Assembly (NCBI GenBank): GCA_019322895.1
Contig: JAHWHZ010000001.1
Coordinates: 266,220 to 330,219 of the forward strand
Length of the DNA stretch: 64,000 bases
Direction of reading: 5' to 3'
Source: Candidatus Woesearchaeota archaeon
GTDB lineage: Archaea > Nanobdellota > Nanobdellia > Woesearchaeales > ARS49
How positions within the stretch are numbered: position 1 is the first letter of the stretch; each line of letters opens with the position of its first letter. This document shows positions 18,652-27,864 of the stretch, in pieces. A model generated the notes under the pieces. It was not told the DNA's origin. It did no database searches and saw only the letters and a list, made by a program, of their open reading frames with translations. A program made the translations under genes and the position numbers.

Positions 18652-19350
18652 ATGAAGCTTAGAAGCATTATACTGCCTGTTTTGCTCATACTTGCAGCAA
18701 ACATGGTTTTTGCAGCAAACATACAAGGCAGTATATATGATATTGAGCTGAATGAGCTCAGTGATGTGATTGTTGAGATAGACACGACACCAAAACAGTC
18801 TTTTGTTGCAAAAGATGGCAGGTATTCTTTTGATGTTCCTTTAGGAGATTACATAATTCTTGCAAAAAATGGGCAGGGCATTGCTGAAGAAAAGATAACC
18901 ATAACAGATGACGGCACATATAATATTGATTTGATACTCTTTCCTGATTTCAGTGAAGAAGAAGAGATTCTTAATGACTCTGATTTAGAGATAGGTACAG
19001 ATTATACAGATGTAACTGAAAAGAATTATTCGCGTTATTACCTGCTTGCTTTTGTGCTTGTATTGATTATCATAATCGCAGTGATACTTCATTACAAGAA
19101 AAAACTAGAGACTGGACTGAAAAAAGAATTGAAGGAGATTAAAAAGACAACAAAAGAGGATCTTGAAGCAGACCTCAAGGAATTGATTTCTTTTATCAAG
19201 AAAGAAGGCGGAAGAACTACGCAGAAAGATATCCGCAGGAATTTCCCACAGTCAGAGGCAAAGATTTCCTTAATGATTGCAGAGCTTGAGCACAAAGGAA
19301 AGATAAAGAAGATAAAAAAAGGAAGAGGGAATATAATCATCCTTATTTAA
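18652..19350 (+). CDS. Single-pass membrane protein: extracellular beta-rich domain, TM helix, and a cytoplasmic winged-helix-like domain
   Basis: Signal peptide, then a carboxypeptidase-regulatory-like segment, a TM helix (LLAFVLVLIIIIAVIL), and a C-terminal RRNFPQSEAKISLMIAELEHKGKIKK. The first ATG (18652) lies about 25 nt after TATA ggtttttaaag, suggesting a leaderless transcript. Confidence 0.45.
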   Translation: MKLRSIILPVLLILAANMVFAANIQGSIYDIELNELSDVIVEIDTTPKQSFVAKDGRYSFDVPLGDYIILAKNGQGIAEEKITITDDGTYNIDLILFPDFSEEEEILNDSDLEIGTDYTDVTEKNYSRYYLLAFVLVLIIIIAVILHYKKKLETGLKKELKEIKKTTKEDLEADLKELISFIKKEGGRTTQKDIRRNFPQSEAKISLMIAELEHKGKIKKIKKGRGNIIILI

Positions 19351-19441
19351 GCATAGCACCTGGCGTGCAATGTAGGAAATAAGCGAAATAGAGCGGCTCG
19401 ATTAAACATGCGAGAAAATCTTAATGCAAAGCGTGCTATGC
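19351..19441. mobile_element. Family-1 91-bp element with perfect 9-bp terminal inverted repeats GCATAGCAC...GTGCTATGC (copy A)
   Basis: Begins at the first base after the TAA of the + gene. Its right terminal repeat contains the TAG stop of the convergent - gene. A second copy at 25547-25637 has 100% identical termini (18 nt and 16 nt) and about 65% internal identity. Confidence 0.6.
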
Positions 19442-19897
19442 TTCTTTAACGTATCGTTCTAATATTTCTGGTTTCCAGCGCTCTTTTTTGCCTGTTGTGA
19501 GGTTTTTAACACTGACTTGCTTGCTGATGTCTGTTATTTTCAATTGTTCGCCGTCAACTTCTATGATATCTCCTCTCTTGAAATTAAGGCATCTGAAAAG
19601 AACTGTTCCGCGGTATAGTAGCTTGCTTGTTACTTTGTGCTGTGTATGCAGTTTTTTGCTGGTCTTTAGTATGCCCACAAATCTTTTCTTCAGCTTGTTT
19701 CCCAGGTCCAGTATAAATTTGTTTGAGGACATCCAGAAATCTATTCCATTCCTCACTTTCTTCTCTTTTGCAACCCAGACATGCTTGTCCTGCCGTATCT
19801 TCTTCCTCACATAATTGATTACTTCGGGCGTTGGATTTCTGAGCTGAAGCTTGCCCTCAAAATACTTGGGCCCTTTTTCTTCTATTCTTGCGACCAT
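19436..19897 (-). CDS. Hypothetical protein (153 aa; possibly RNA-binding)
   Basis: ORF with no motif I can assign. Its stop codon and last codon lie inside the family-1 element. Confidence 0.45.
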   Translation of the reverse strand: MVARIEEKGPKYFEGKLQLRNPTPEVINYVRKKIRQDKHVWVAKEKKVRNGIDFWMSSNKFILDLGNKLKKRFVGILKTSKKLHTQHKVTSKLLYRGTVLFRCLNFKRGDIIEVDGEQLKITDISKQVSVKNLTTGKKERWKPEILERYVKEA

Positions 19898-19976
19898 GCA
19901 TTGATATTCATATTTAGTATATATAAAGTTTATCTAAAAAGAAACCTTTTTAAAGCACTCACATTCATAAAGCAAT

Positions 19977-20600
19977 ATGGAAATAAAGAAGTTCCTGAAG
20001 GCAGTCTGGCACTTTATTTGGGTAGAAGACAGCTGGCTTAGCTGGATTGTGAATGTGATTCTTGCTTTTATCATAATCAAGTTCTTGGTTTATCCTGGCC
20101 TTGGTTTTGCGCTGGGAACAAGCCATCCGATTGTTGCAGTTGTGTCAAACAGCATGGAGCATTCTGTTGGCTTTGATGACTGGTGGGACCAGCCCAGCTG
20201 CTGTGCTGATGGCGGCTGCAAAGAAAAGATAAGCCAGGGGCAGCTTTTGACAGAAAAAGGTATAAGCAAAACAGAGTTCAGTGATTTTTCTTTCACAAGC
20301 GGTTTCAATAAAGGGGACATCATGATATTGTACAGCCCTAAAAACCTGAAAATAGGGGATGTGCTGACTTTCAGTGTTCAGGGCCGCTCTGATCCAATCA
20401 TTCACAGGGTAATTGCTGTCAAAGAGCAAGGCGGAAAAAAATACTTTCAGACAAAAGGAGACAATAACTGCGGTTCAGCTGATTTTGAAAAAGCAGTTAC
20501 AGAAGATAGGTTTATAGGCAAGGCGGTCTGGAGAGTTCCTTTGCTTGGCTGGATAAAGATTGGATTTGTGTGGCTGTTGAAGCTTGTAGGTATAATGTAA
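19977..20600 (+). CDS. Signal peptidase I (archaeal Sec11/S26 type)
   Basis: N-terminal TM helix, catalytic-Ser region [11 protein letters not shown], and conserved [27 protein letters not shown] cctttttaaag lies about 25 nt upstream of the ATG. Confidence 0.8.
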   Translation: MEIKKFLKAVWHFIWVEDSWLSWIVNVILAFIIIKFLVYPGLGFALGTSHPIVAVVSNSMEHSVGFDDWWDQPSCCADGGCKEKISQGQLLTEKGISKTEFSDFSFTSGFNKGDIMILYSPKNLKIGDVLTFSVQGRSDPIIHRVIAVKEQGGKKYFQTKGDNNCGSADFEKAVTEDRFIGKAVWRVPLLGWIKIGFVWLLKLVGIM

Positions 20601-20601
20601 A

Positions 20602-20916
20602 ATGTTGTTTTGCAAGAAATGCGGCGGCATAATGATGCCGAAAAAAGATAATGGCAAGACCTTTTTGGTTTGTCCTAAATGTGGATATAAGACTGGTGCA
20701 AAAGGGGCAGTGATTTCTGAGAAGTGCAAGTCAAAAGATGACTGTATTGAGGTTGTTGAAAAGATAGAGACAAGGCCTTTGGTTGATGAGGAATGCCCTA
20801 AATGCAAGCACAAGAAAGCAAGAAGCTGGGAAAAGCAGATGAGAGCAGCAGATGAGCCGCCTACAAGATTCTATGAATGCGAAAAATGCAAGCATATCTG
20901 GCGAGAGCAGTCATGA
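20602..20916 (+). CDS. tfs: Transcription factor S (TFS; RpoM/TFIIS-like)
   Basis: N-terminal Zn ribbon FCKKCGGIM...CPKCGY and C-terminal [36 protein letters not shown] match the TFIIS/RpoM Zn-ribbon signature. Confidence 0.85.
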   Translation: MLFCKKCGGIMMPKKDNGKTFLVCPKCGYKTGAKGAVISEKCKSKDDCIEVVEKIETRPLVDEECPKCKHKKARSWEKQMRAADEPPTRFYECEKCKHIWREQS

Positions 20917-21155
20917 ATATTGAAAAATATATCAAAAACAATTCTTTGAAGATTCTTGTCAAGCCAAACAGCAAGAAAAATGAGATCCTTGGCTATGATG
21001 AAAACAGGAAAGCTGTAAAAGTGGCAATTGCAGCTCAGGCAGAGAAAGGCAAAGCAAATTTAGAGGTAATCAAATTTTTTTCTAAATTATTAGGAAAGCA
21101 AGTCAGGATAAAAAGCGGTCTGGCAAGCAAGGAAAAGCTTTTGAAACTGCCGTAA
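20913..21155 (+). CDS. DUF167/YggU-family protein
   Basis: [56 protein letters not shown] matches YggU-like. Its ATG overlaps the TFS stop (ATGA). Confidence 0.6.
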   Translation: MNIEKYIKNNSLKILVKPNSKKNEILGYDENRKAVKVAIAAQAEKGKANLEVIKFFSKLLGKQVRIKSGLASKEKLLKLP

Positions 21156-21210
21156 TTCTTCCGGAAATTTCTGGCAAACACATATAAAGAATAAAATCAG
21201 TTATTCTGAT

Positions 21211-21444
21211 ATGTCTGAAGTTAATTTCATCGTGATTAAAGGAGAAAATCTTTATTTTGCAAAAGCGCATTACAGGAAAATCATTGAAGCAGTCAAGAAT
21301 CCTGAAAAATTCAAGAAATTGCTGAAAAGCAGGCATTATCTTGATGCAGGCTATCTTATTCTTGATTTCAATAACCAGACCATAATCAACTGCCAGACTG
21401 CTTCTGCCTTGCCAAAGCACAAGTTTGGGATTGTTTCAATTTAG
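21211..21444 (+). CDS. Hypothetical small protein (77 aa)
   Basis: ORF with an upstream TATA-like acatataaag. It competes with the antisense ORF 21103..21420, and neither has recognizable motifs. Confidence 0.35.
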   Translation: MSEVNFIVIKGENLYFAKAHYRKIIEAVKNPEKFKKLLKSRHYLDAGYLILDFNNQTIINCQTASALPKHKFGIVSI

Positions 21445-21446
21445 GT

Positions 21447-21537
21447 CAATGCCGCGCTACGTTTTGCTTTTAGAACCACTTGTTTATCAGATTCATCAGA
21501 TATCGCTTAGCCATTGAGGACTCCGCAGGCGGCATTG
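21447..21537. mobile_element. Family-2 91-bp element with perfect 9-bp terminal inverted repeats CAATGCCGC...GCGGCATTG (copy 1)
   Basis: Starts 2 nt after the preceding gene's stop. A second copy at 53251-53343 is in inverted orientation: copy 1's left 16 nt (CAATGCCGCGCTACGT) equals the reverse complement of copy 2's right 16 nt. Confidence 0.55.
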
Positions 21538-21596
21538 TTTAGAAAAACTTAAATAAAAGCTGTATTCTCATATTTTTGGGTGGTAATTTGGATAAG

Positions 21597-22223
21597 ATGG
21601 AGAAAGATGTTTTGGTTATTAGCAGAAAAATACTTTTTGATGCAGAAAAAGACAAGTTTCAGGGCTTTAAGGCTCATTCTGATATTGATTTCCACTCAAG
21701 GATTATCAAAGGATGCAAATACATGAAGAGAGGCATTGCTGAAGAAGACGAGACTCATAAGCAGCCTATTGGCTATGTCTTGATTGCCAATCCTAAGACA
21801 AAGAAAATATATGCCTACAAGCGCGCAAGCGCAGGCAAGGATTACACTGAAAAACGCCTGCAGAACAAATGGTCTGTCGGCATTGGCGGACACATAGACA
21901 GGACAGAAGAATCTGCTCAAGACCCTATCCACACAAGCATGCTGAGAGAGCTTTCTGAAGAAGTTAAAATAGGCCAATACTCACTAAAAGTCCTGGGATA
22001 TCTCAATGATGACAGTGATTCTGTCGGCAGGGTGCATTTTGGCATTGTTTATCTTGCCTTGACAGAATCAGATGTTTCCCCCGGCGATGCAGAATCTGTC
22101 TTTGGCGAGATGAAGACAATGGAAGAGATAAAACAGATAAGAAATTCTCCTGATGCTACTCTTGAAGGCTGGTCTGAGATTGCTATTGATTTTCTGGAGA
22201 AGAATTTGTCGGAGATAGTTTGA
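21597..22223 (+). CDS. Divergent Nudix-like hydrolase
   Basis: GIGGHIDRTEES...LRELSEEVKI resembles a Nudix box with a lengthened spacer. First ATG is at 21597. Confidence 0.4.
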   Translation: MEKDVLVISRKILFDAEKDKFQGFKAHSDIDFHSRIIKGCKYMKRGIAEEDETHKQPIGYVLIANPKTKKIYAYKRASAGKDYTEKRLQNKWSVGIGGHIDRTEESAQDPIHTSMLRELSEEVKIGQYSLKVLGYLNDDSDSVGRVHFGIVYLALTESDVSPGDAESVFGEMKTMEEIKQIRNSPDATLEGWSEIAIDFLEKNLSEIV

Positions 22224-22225
22224 TA

Positions 22226-22720
22226 TCATATACAGAATCGTTCACGAAGACATTCTTTTGCATCAGTATTTTCCATGCAATCAAAATATTCCTTTTGATA
22301 TATTTCCTGAGTAGGTGCATAATCTAAATTTTGAATTATTTGCAGGTATTCCTTATACAAACCGGTTGCATTTTCTTCTTGGTTTAATTCAAGGAACAAT
22401 AATGTTCTTGCTTGCAGATACTGAACTGGCCATGTATACGCAATGTATCCGGGTCTGTTAACTGCCAACTCACAAAGAATCAAAGCTTCTTCAAACTCAT
22501 CCGATGTACTGGCAGAACATGCTTTTTCTTGACATTGAGCTTGGTAGTTAATTGTTTTATGTTGAGTTTGTTCCAGTGCTTTTTCTGCTTCCTTGATAGT
22601 AGATTTAGGAACAGATTCTTCTGTAGTAGAATAAACTTTAGAGAACGGACTTGAAGTGCACCCTGCCACCAATAAAATAATGAATAGCAGTAAAACTGTT
22701 TTTGATGCCATGAAATTCAT
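22226..22720 (-). CDS. Secreted lipoprotein (Cys-containing)
   Basis: Signal peptide with lipobox LVAGCTSSP. 164 aa. Confidence 0.45.
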   Translation of the reverse strand: MNFMASKTVLLLFIILLVAGCTSSPFSKVYSTTEESVPKSTIKEAEKALEQTQHKTINYQAQCQEKACSASTSDEFEEALILCELAVNRPGYIAYTWPVQYLQARTLLFLELNQEENATGLYKEYLQIIQNLDYAPTQEIYQKEYFDCMENTDAKECLRERFCI

Positions 22721-22747
22721 TAATCCTGAATAGTTTATAAAACTTCA

Positions 22748-23497
22748 CTAAAAATTATCTAATCTGCTCTGCTTCTTGTTAAAATCTTCCAAATACTTTG
22801 GCGGCTTTACAGACACAAAAGTATATCCCCAGTCTGAAAGCATCTTGAATGCATTTGGAGTCATCTTTGGTGCTGCAATCATTCCCCTGACTTTTGTTAT
22901 TCCTTTGCTTACCATCAGTCTCTCAACATACCGCCTTAATTGAGTAACAGCACCCAAATCTGCGCAGTATCTTTTGCATTCAACAACAGTAAGCATTCCT
23001 TCTTTATCTATTCCAAGAACATCTATGAAGCCGTATTTTGTCTGCTCTTCTTGCGAGACTGGCTTGAATCCTTTTTCAATCATTTCAGGGTTTTCATAGA
23101 GCATGTTCGCCATATCTGCTTCTGTTCCAGATATGACTATTGATTTTCCATCCTCAAGCTTCTGCGAGTTAAAGAAGTGTATCCTGTTCATTGTTATGTC
23201 CATGTTTTCTTTCAATGCAAGATTTCTTGATTTCAGCATGAGTTTGCCTTCTTCTATTGCCATGCTATGGGTTGTGTTCGGCTTCATGTAGTTTACAGGA
23301 TTATTACCGGTTGGCTGGTGAACCAACAAAGCATTGTCTGCTTTTATTATCACTAATCTGTCGCCGTCTTTCAATAAACTCTCTGCTCTTCCAGAATATC
23401 TTATGCTGCAGTTGCAGCTGATTACAATCGTCTCGTTCCTTCTCAAGGCGTCATTCAATAATGTGACATAATCTTTTTGTTCTAGCATTTTATTCAC
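22748..23497 (-). CDS. nucS: Endonuclease NucS (EndoMS, mismatch-specific)
   Basis: N-terminal ssDNA-binding-like region and a C-terminal RecB-like nuclease core DVLGIDKEGMLTVVECKRY...QLRRY. Confidence 0.85.
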   Translation of the reverse strand: MNKMLEQKDYVTLLNDALRRNETIVISCNCSIRYSGRAESLLKDGDRLVIIKADNALLVHQPTGNNPVNYMKPNTTHSMAIEEGKLMLKSRNLALKENMDITMNRIHFFNSQKLEDGKSIVISGTEADMANMLYENPEMIEKGFKPVSQEEQTKYGFIDVLGIDKEGMLTVVECKRYCADLGAVTQLRRYVERLMVSKGITKVRGMIAAPKMTPNAFKMLSDWGYTFVSVKPPKYLEDFNKKQSRLDNF

Positions 23498-24047
23498 TTG
23501 GAAGATCTCTTTCAGATGTTATTTTATTGACATATTCTGTCACTATCTTTTTTGTAGGCGGCGATAATAGCAGTCTTCTTATTTTAAGTCCTGCTTTTTT
23601 TGCTTCTTCTATCCAGTGCTGGTCTCTTTGCTTGTTTATTGTTTCATAATCAAGCTCATACACCAGTTCTTTTATTCCTGCTGCAACAAGCAATTTAAGG
23701 CAAGTATAGCAGGGAAACAAGGTAACATACAAGGTTGAGCCGTGTATTCGTATTCCTTTGCGTGCTGCTCTTGCAATTGCATTGGCTTCTGCATGCACAT
23801 TCCTGGCATAATCGTTCTTCTCATGATCTGCCACATTCATGTGTCTTCTGAAGCACCTGCCCTCATCTGAGCAGTTTGGCATGCCTGGCATTGAGCCATT
23901 GTATCCTGTTGCCAGAACCTGCTTATCCATGACTATCACTGCTCCAGTTGGCCTTGACAAGCATGTTGACCTGGTGGCAGCCACTTTAGCAAGTATCATG
24001 AAGTACTCATCCCAGCTTGGTCTGTGCTTTGCACATGGAGTGTCCAT
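23490..24047 (-). CDS. dCMP/cytidine deaminase (zinc-dependent)
   Basis: HAEANAI and PCYTC zinc-binding motifs. Overlaps the nucS end by 8 nt, suggesting an operon. Confidence 0.8.
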   Translation of the reverse strand: MDTPCAKHRPSWDEYFMILAKVAATRSTCLSRPTGAVIVMDKQVLATGYNGSMPGMPNCSDEGRCFRRHMNVADHEKNDYARNVHAEANAIARAARKGIRIHGSTLYVTLFPCYTCLKLLVAAGIKELVYELDYETINKQRDQHWIEEAKKAGLKIRRLLLSPPTKKIVTEYVNKITSERDLPSE

Positions 24048-24154
24048 TTTATCCCCCTACTACTATGGAGTGCCTTTATTTATATTTATTTTCGTTCTGC
24101 AAAAGATATTACTGATAAAATAAAAGAATATAAAGGCCTGAATTCCTGAAAATC

Positions 24155-24793
24155 GTGATGAGAGGAATACTGATTAGTTTTGAGGCAGGAGAAGGTGCTG
24201 GCAAAGGCACTCAAGTCAGCTTATTAAAAGAATATTTAGAAAAAAAAGGTTTTAAAGTGCTTTTGACAAGAGAGCCAGGAGGACTGCCTCTTCCTGAAGC
24301 ATTAAGAAAAGAGGTTCAGCATCCAGACAAAGAGCACACTCCTGAAGGAGAGCTTTTATTGTTCTCTACTGCAAGATATCTGCATGCAAAAGACAAGATT
24401 AAGCCTGCTTTAGAAAAAGGAATGATTGTGATTACAGACCGTTTGCATGATTCTACAACTGTTTATCAGGGTTATGCTGGTGGAATAGATATTAATTTCA
24501 TTAAACAAGTTCATAAGGTAGCATTAGGAGATATAATGCCTGATTTGACCATATTCATTGATATTGATCCAGAACTGGGACTGAAGAAAATGACTACAAA
24601 TGAATTTGGAAAGCCTGACCGGATGGAAAGCAAAGGCCTTGAATTTCATAAGAAAGTTCGTGAAGGGTATTTAACACTCGCTAAACTAGAGCCAGATAGA
24701 ATAAAGGTAATCAAATACAGGGATGGTGATATTGAAGGCATGCAGAATGAGATAAGAGATTATGTTGATAAATTATTGGAAATCAAAGAATAG
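24155..24793 (+). CDS. tmk: Thymidylate kinase
   Basis: P-loop ISFEAGEGAGKGTQ and TREPGG motif. Confidence 0.85.
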   Translation: MMRGILISFEAGEGAGKGTQVSLLKEYLEKKGFKVLLTREPGGLPLPEALRKEVQHPDKEHTPEGELLLFSTARYLHAKDKIKPALEKGMIVITDRLHDSTTVYQGYAGGIDINFIKQVHKVALGDIMPDLTIFIDIDPELGLKKMTTNEFGKPDRMESKGLEFHKKVREGYLTLAKLEPDRIKVIKYRDGDIEGMQNEIRDYVDKLLEIKE

Positions 24794-24881
24794 TTTCGTC
24801 CATTTCTTCTTCAGCTTCATTCAGAAGCATAAAGTCTCCAAGCGGCCTGTTTTTCTTTGCTTCTTTATATCGTACTACCAT
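24783..24881 (-). CDS. Candidate 32-aa small ORF (MVVRYKEAKKNRPLGDFMLLNEAEEEMDETIL)
   Basis: Preceded on the minus strand by TATA tttatttaaatata, then SD GAGGTGA 7 nt before the ATG. I recognise no homology. Overlaps the tmk 3' end. Confidence 0.25.
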   Translation of the reverse strand: MVVRYKEAKKNRPLGDFMLLNEAEEEMDETIL

Positions 24882-25010
24882 TTTACTTCACCTCTTTTTA
24901 GAACACCCCTTTTGACACCTCTGTTTCTCCGCGCATTATTTTGTAAAACATAGCTTATATTTAAATAAATTGCAAATTAAAAATATAGTCCAAAGAATTG
25001 ATGTCACTAC

Positions 25011-25550
25011 TCAGCCAAAGTCAGCAAGTTTTTCCATAGAATGCTTGATTATTTTACCGTCGGCAGAATCTATTTTTATATTGACTGTTTTAAAGCTTTG
25101 AGTGACATATGTTATGTTAAATACTGTTGCTCCTTCAAGGTGCTGAATTATCAAGAAGTGCTTTAACAGTATCTCTTTAGGATAATTCTCCTTTATGCAG
25201 GCTTTTGCCTTTTCCAAGGCCTCGCTTACTGTTAATTTCACTTCTTCTGGTTTTAAAGGCATTATTTCCTGGCTTGCTTTCAGTATGTCCTGCGCAGGCA
25301 TTATCTCTATCTTGTTTCCTTGCTTGATGATTGTGTCTACTTTGTTGCTTTTCTTGTCATAGTATCCTATCTGCCACACATTATCTTCACTTGGCATCAC
25401 AAACACATGAGCAAGATAGAAATCTGGATGATCTTTTTTCCATTCCTTGAATTCAGGTGTTGCTTCAATCTCATCAATCAGTTTTTTGAATTCCATATAA
25501 TCAAAAAATAACCCAATCTTTTTAAACTTATCTTTAATCATCATATGCAT
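25011..25550 (-). CDS. Hypothetical protein
   Basis: ORF with no recognised motifs. Its likely ATG (25548-25550) lies inside the left terminal repeat of family-1 copy B. Confidence 0.45.
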   Translation of the reverse strand: MHMMIKDKFKKIGLFFDYMEFKKLIDEIEATPEFKEWKKDHPDFYLAHVFVMPSEDNVWQIGYYDKKSNKVDTIIKQGNKIEIMPAQDILKASQEIMPLKPEEVKLTVSEALEKAKACIKENYPKEILLKHFLIIQHLEGATVFNITYVTQSFKTVNIKIDSADGKIIKHSMEKLADFG

Positions 25551-25637
25551 AGCACCTGGCGTGCCTTTAAACAAATAAGAGAGATACATAGACTCGATTA
25601 TGCACGCGATAAAAACTTTAAGCAAAGCGTGCTATGC
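25547..25637. mobile_element. Family-1 91-bp terminal-inverted-repeat element (copy B), occupying a divergent promoter region
   Basis: Same termini as copy A. The start codons of both flanking divergent genes fall at or in the element ends (minus-gene ATG in the left terminal repeat; tyw1 ATG at 25638 immediately after the right terminal repeat). Confidence 0.6.
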
Positions 25638-26573
25638 ATGCAAATGTTTTCAGAACTTCGCAAAAAGGAGCTTGAAAAGCAGGGTTACAGGCTTGTTGGC
25701 AGGCATAGTGCTATAAAGATATGCAGCTGGTGCAAGAAATCAATAAGAGGGGAGGATGTCTGCTATAAGAATACATTCTATGGCATCAATTCATGGCGCT
25801 GCATCCAGATGTCTCCGTGGTTTGCCTGCACTCACAGATGCATTTTCTGCTGGCGGGATGTCCGGGAAAATCTTGTTCCTGAAGAGATTGACAGCCCGAA
25901 AGATATTGTTGATGGCTGCATTAAGGCTCAAAAAGAGATTTTGCAGGGCTTTGGAGGAAATGAAAAGCGCGACCAAAAGCATTTTGAAGAAGCTTTAGAG
26001 CCTCTGCATTTCGCAATCTCATTAACAGGAGAGCCCACACTATATCCAAAACTTCCAGAGCTTGTTGATGAGATAAAATCTAGAGGCATGACTTCTTTTA
26101 TTGTGACAAATGGGACTGTTCCTGAGATGCTGAAGAAATTAATCAATCATCAGCCCACGCAGTTGTATATGACTCTTCCTGCTCCGGATAAAGAGACTTA
26201 TCTTAAGACCTGCAATCCCTTAAACCAAGATTCTTGGAACAAGATTCAGGAATCTTTAAGCCTGATTAAGGAATTCAAGAGAAGCTGTTTAAGATTGACT
26301 TTAGTTAAAGGATATAATATGGTCAATCCAGAAGGTTATGCAGATTTGATTAAAAAAGCAAATCCTGCATTTATTGAGCTAAAGGCATATATGTGGGTTG
26401 GCCACTCAAGGGAAAGACTAGAGATTGAAAACATGCCTCTGCATCCAGAGATTGTTGAGTTTGCAAAGAAAGTGGCAAAAGCTGCTGATATGAAAATCAT
26501 TGATGAAAAGCCTGAAAGCAGAGTTGTATTATTGATGAAAGAAGACAGAAAAGACAGGATTATGGAGTTCTGA
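25638..26573 (+). CDS. taw1: tRNA 4-demethylwyosine synthase Tyw1/Taw1 (radical SAM)
   Basis: Radical-SAM cluster CTHRCIFCWR and a second Cys cluster upstream (CSWCKK). Start re-set to ATG 25638; the track ORF begins inside the element. Confidence 0.85.
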   Translation: MQMFSELRKKELEKQGYRLVGRHSAIKICSWCKKSIRGEDVCYKNTFYGINSWRCIQMSPWFACTHRCIFCWRDVRENLVPEEIDSPKDIVDGCIKAQKEILQGFGGNEKRDQKHFEEALEPLHFAISLTGEPTLYPKLPELVDEIKSRGMTSFIVTNGTVPEMLKKLINHQPTQLYMTLPAPDKETYLKTCNPLNQDSWNKIQESLSLIKEFKRSCLRLTLVKGYNMVNPEGYADLIKKANPAFIELKAYMWVGHSRERLEIENMPLHPEIVEFAKKVAKAADMKIIDEKPESRVVLLMKEDRKDRIMEF

Positions 26574-27864
26574 ATAATTTCTTGATGCCGCTTACAGTGT
26601 GCCCTATGCCTTGTATTGGGTGTATTGTAGCAAGCTCATGCAGTATATGGCCTATTTTCTGTTTTTTCTTTATTCTTGGCTCCTTGATTGAGAACATGAA
26701 TAAGGCAGAAGCTGCTCTCAGCAATGCAGAGATTATGAATATCAAAGGTATTCCCGAAAGTATGAAAACTGCCTTGTCTGCCACAAAGCCTCCTGCAATT
26801 GGCGCGATTATCAGAGGAATTGATGTGAGCATCACATATTTTGCAACTTTTACTGTCCTATGCTGATGCGAGAAGTCAAGCAACAGGTTGAATGTGCTTA
26901 TTTCCACACCTGCCCAGAATATGCCTGAGACAATCTGCGCGACAAAAATCAGCCAGATTGTCTGCGGCGTCACAAAAAAGAAAAGGATTGGCACAAGCGC
27001 AACTCCAAACATGCTCACTATTGCAACTGGCCTGTCTCCTATCTTGTCAGAAACTTTTCCAAAATGCGGGTGTGCCAGTATCTTGCAAAGGCCTGCGACT
27101 GCAAAAGAGATCATCATCAGCGTGTAGCTTATGTGGATATTTTTCAGCATGTATACTATGAAGAAAGGAGATGCAAACATGAAAGCAAAGTTAAAGAATA
27201 TTATGATGTATATGAATCTCCTGAACTGTCCTTTTATCTTGAAAAATTCTGTTATCTTGTGCTTTTTGTGGTCTGTATAAGGCAGCTCTTTCATCCTGCA
27301 GTAATAATAAGAAGACCAAAGGCCGAATAATATACCCACTAAAAACATGGTTGAAAAGCCGACATAGCTTGTCTTGGGAAAAAGGTCGAGGTACATTGCG
27401 CCGAATACACTTACAGTCAAGCTTGCAATTCCCATGAACATATTTCTTTTTCCAAAGTACTTTCCCCTGTGCTCAATTGGAACAATCTCTCCTGCAAAAG
27501 AGGTCCATGCAGGATTAGTGAGCCATTCTGTAAATTGCACAAGGAAAAAATAAATCAATAATGTCAGCAATGGGTGATTCATGAAAAAAACAGGAATCAG
27601 GATTATCGGAAGCCAGAGCAGGCGCGACGTAACAGTCAATACTACATTTATGTGCAGTCTTGAGTAAAGCTCAACAAGTTTTGCTCCAGGCACCTGCGCA
27701 AGAATCGCTGCAAGGTAAGGAAGCGCCCCTGCAATCCCGATAATTGTGTTTGATGCGCCCAAAGCAAGTGCAAAAGCTATCAAGAATGCGCTTGTAAGGC
27801 CGTAGTACAATGCCCACAGCACGCTTTGATATATCAATAATCTCTGGTTTTTTGTTATTCTCAT
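26560..27864 (-). CDS. MFS-family transporter
   Basis: 434 aa with about 12 predicted TM helices and MFS-like loop spacing. Confidence 0.7.
   Translation of the reverse strand: MRITKNQRLLIYQSVLWALYYGLTSAFLIAFALALGASNTIIGIAGALPYLAAILAQVPGAKLVELYSRLHINVVLTVTSRLLWLPIILIPVFFMNHPLLTLLIYFFLVQFTEWLTNPAWTSFAGEIVPIEHRGKYFGKRNMFMGIASLTVSVFGAMYLDLFPKTSYVGFSTMFLVGILFGLWSSYYYCRMKELPYTDHKKHKITEFFKIKGQFRRFIYIIIFFNFAFMFASPFFIVYMLKNIHISYTLMMISFAVAGLCKILAHPHFGKVSDKIGDRPVAIVSMFGVALVPILFFFVTPQTIWLIFVAQIVSGIFWAGVEISTFNLLLDFSHQHRTVKVAKYVMLTSIPLIIAPIAGGFVADKAVFILSGIPLIFIISALLRAASALFMFSIKEPRIKKKQKIGHILHELATIHPIQGIGHTVSGIKKLFRTP

Noticed and set aside
21103-21420. 105-aa minus-strand ORF overlapping DUF167 and the 21211 ORF
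   Set aside because: It overlaps the 3' half of a confidently assigned + strand gene (DUF167) by about 50 nt and lacks motifs. It was kept only as an alternative to the equally weak + strand 77-aa ORF.
25545-25637. Track start of the tyw1 ORF inside the family-1 element
   Set aside because: The extension reads through the terminal-inverted-repeat element (MHSTWRAFKQIREIHRLDYARD... has no Tyw1 similarity). The conserved start is the ATG at 25638.
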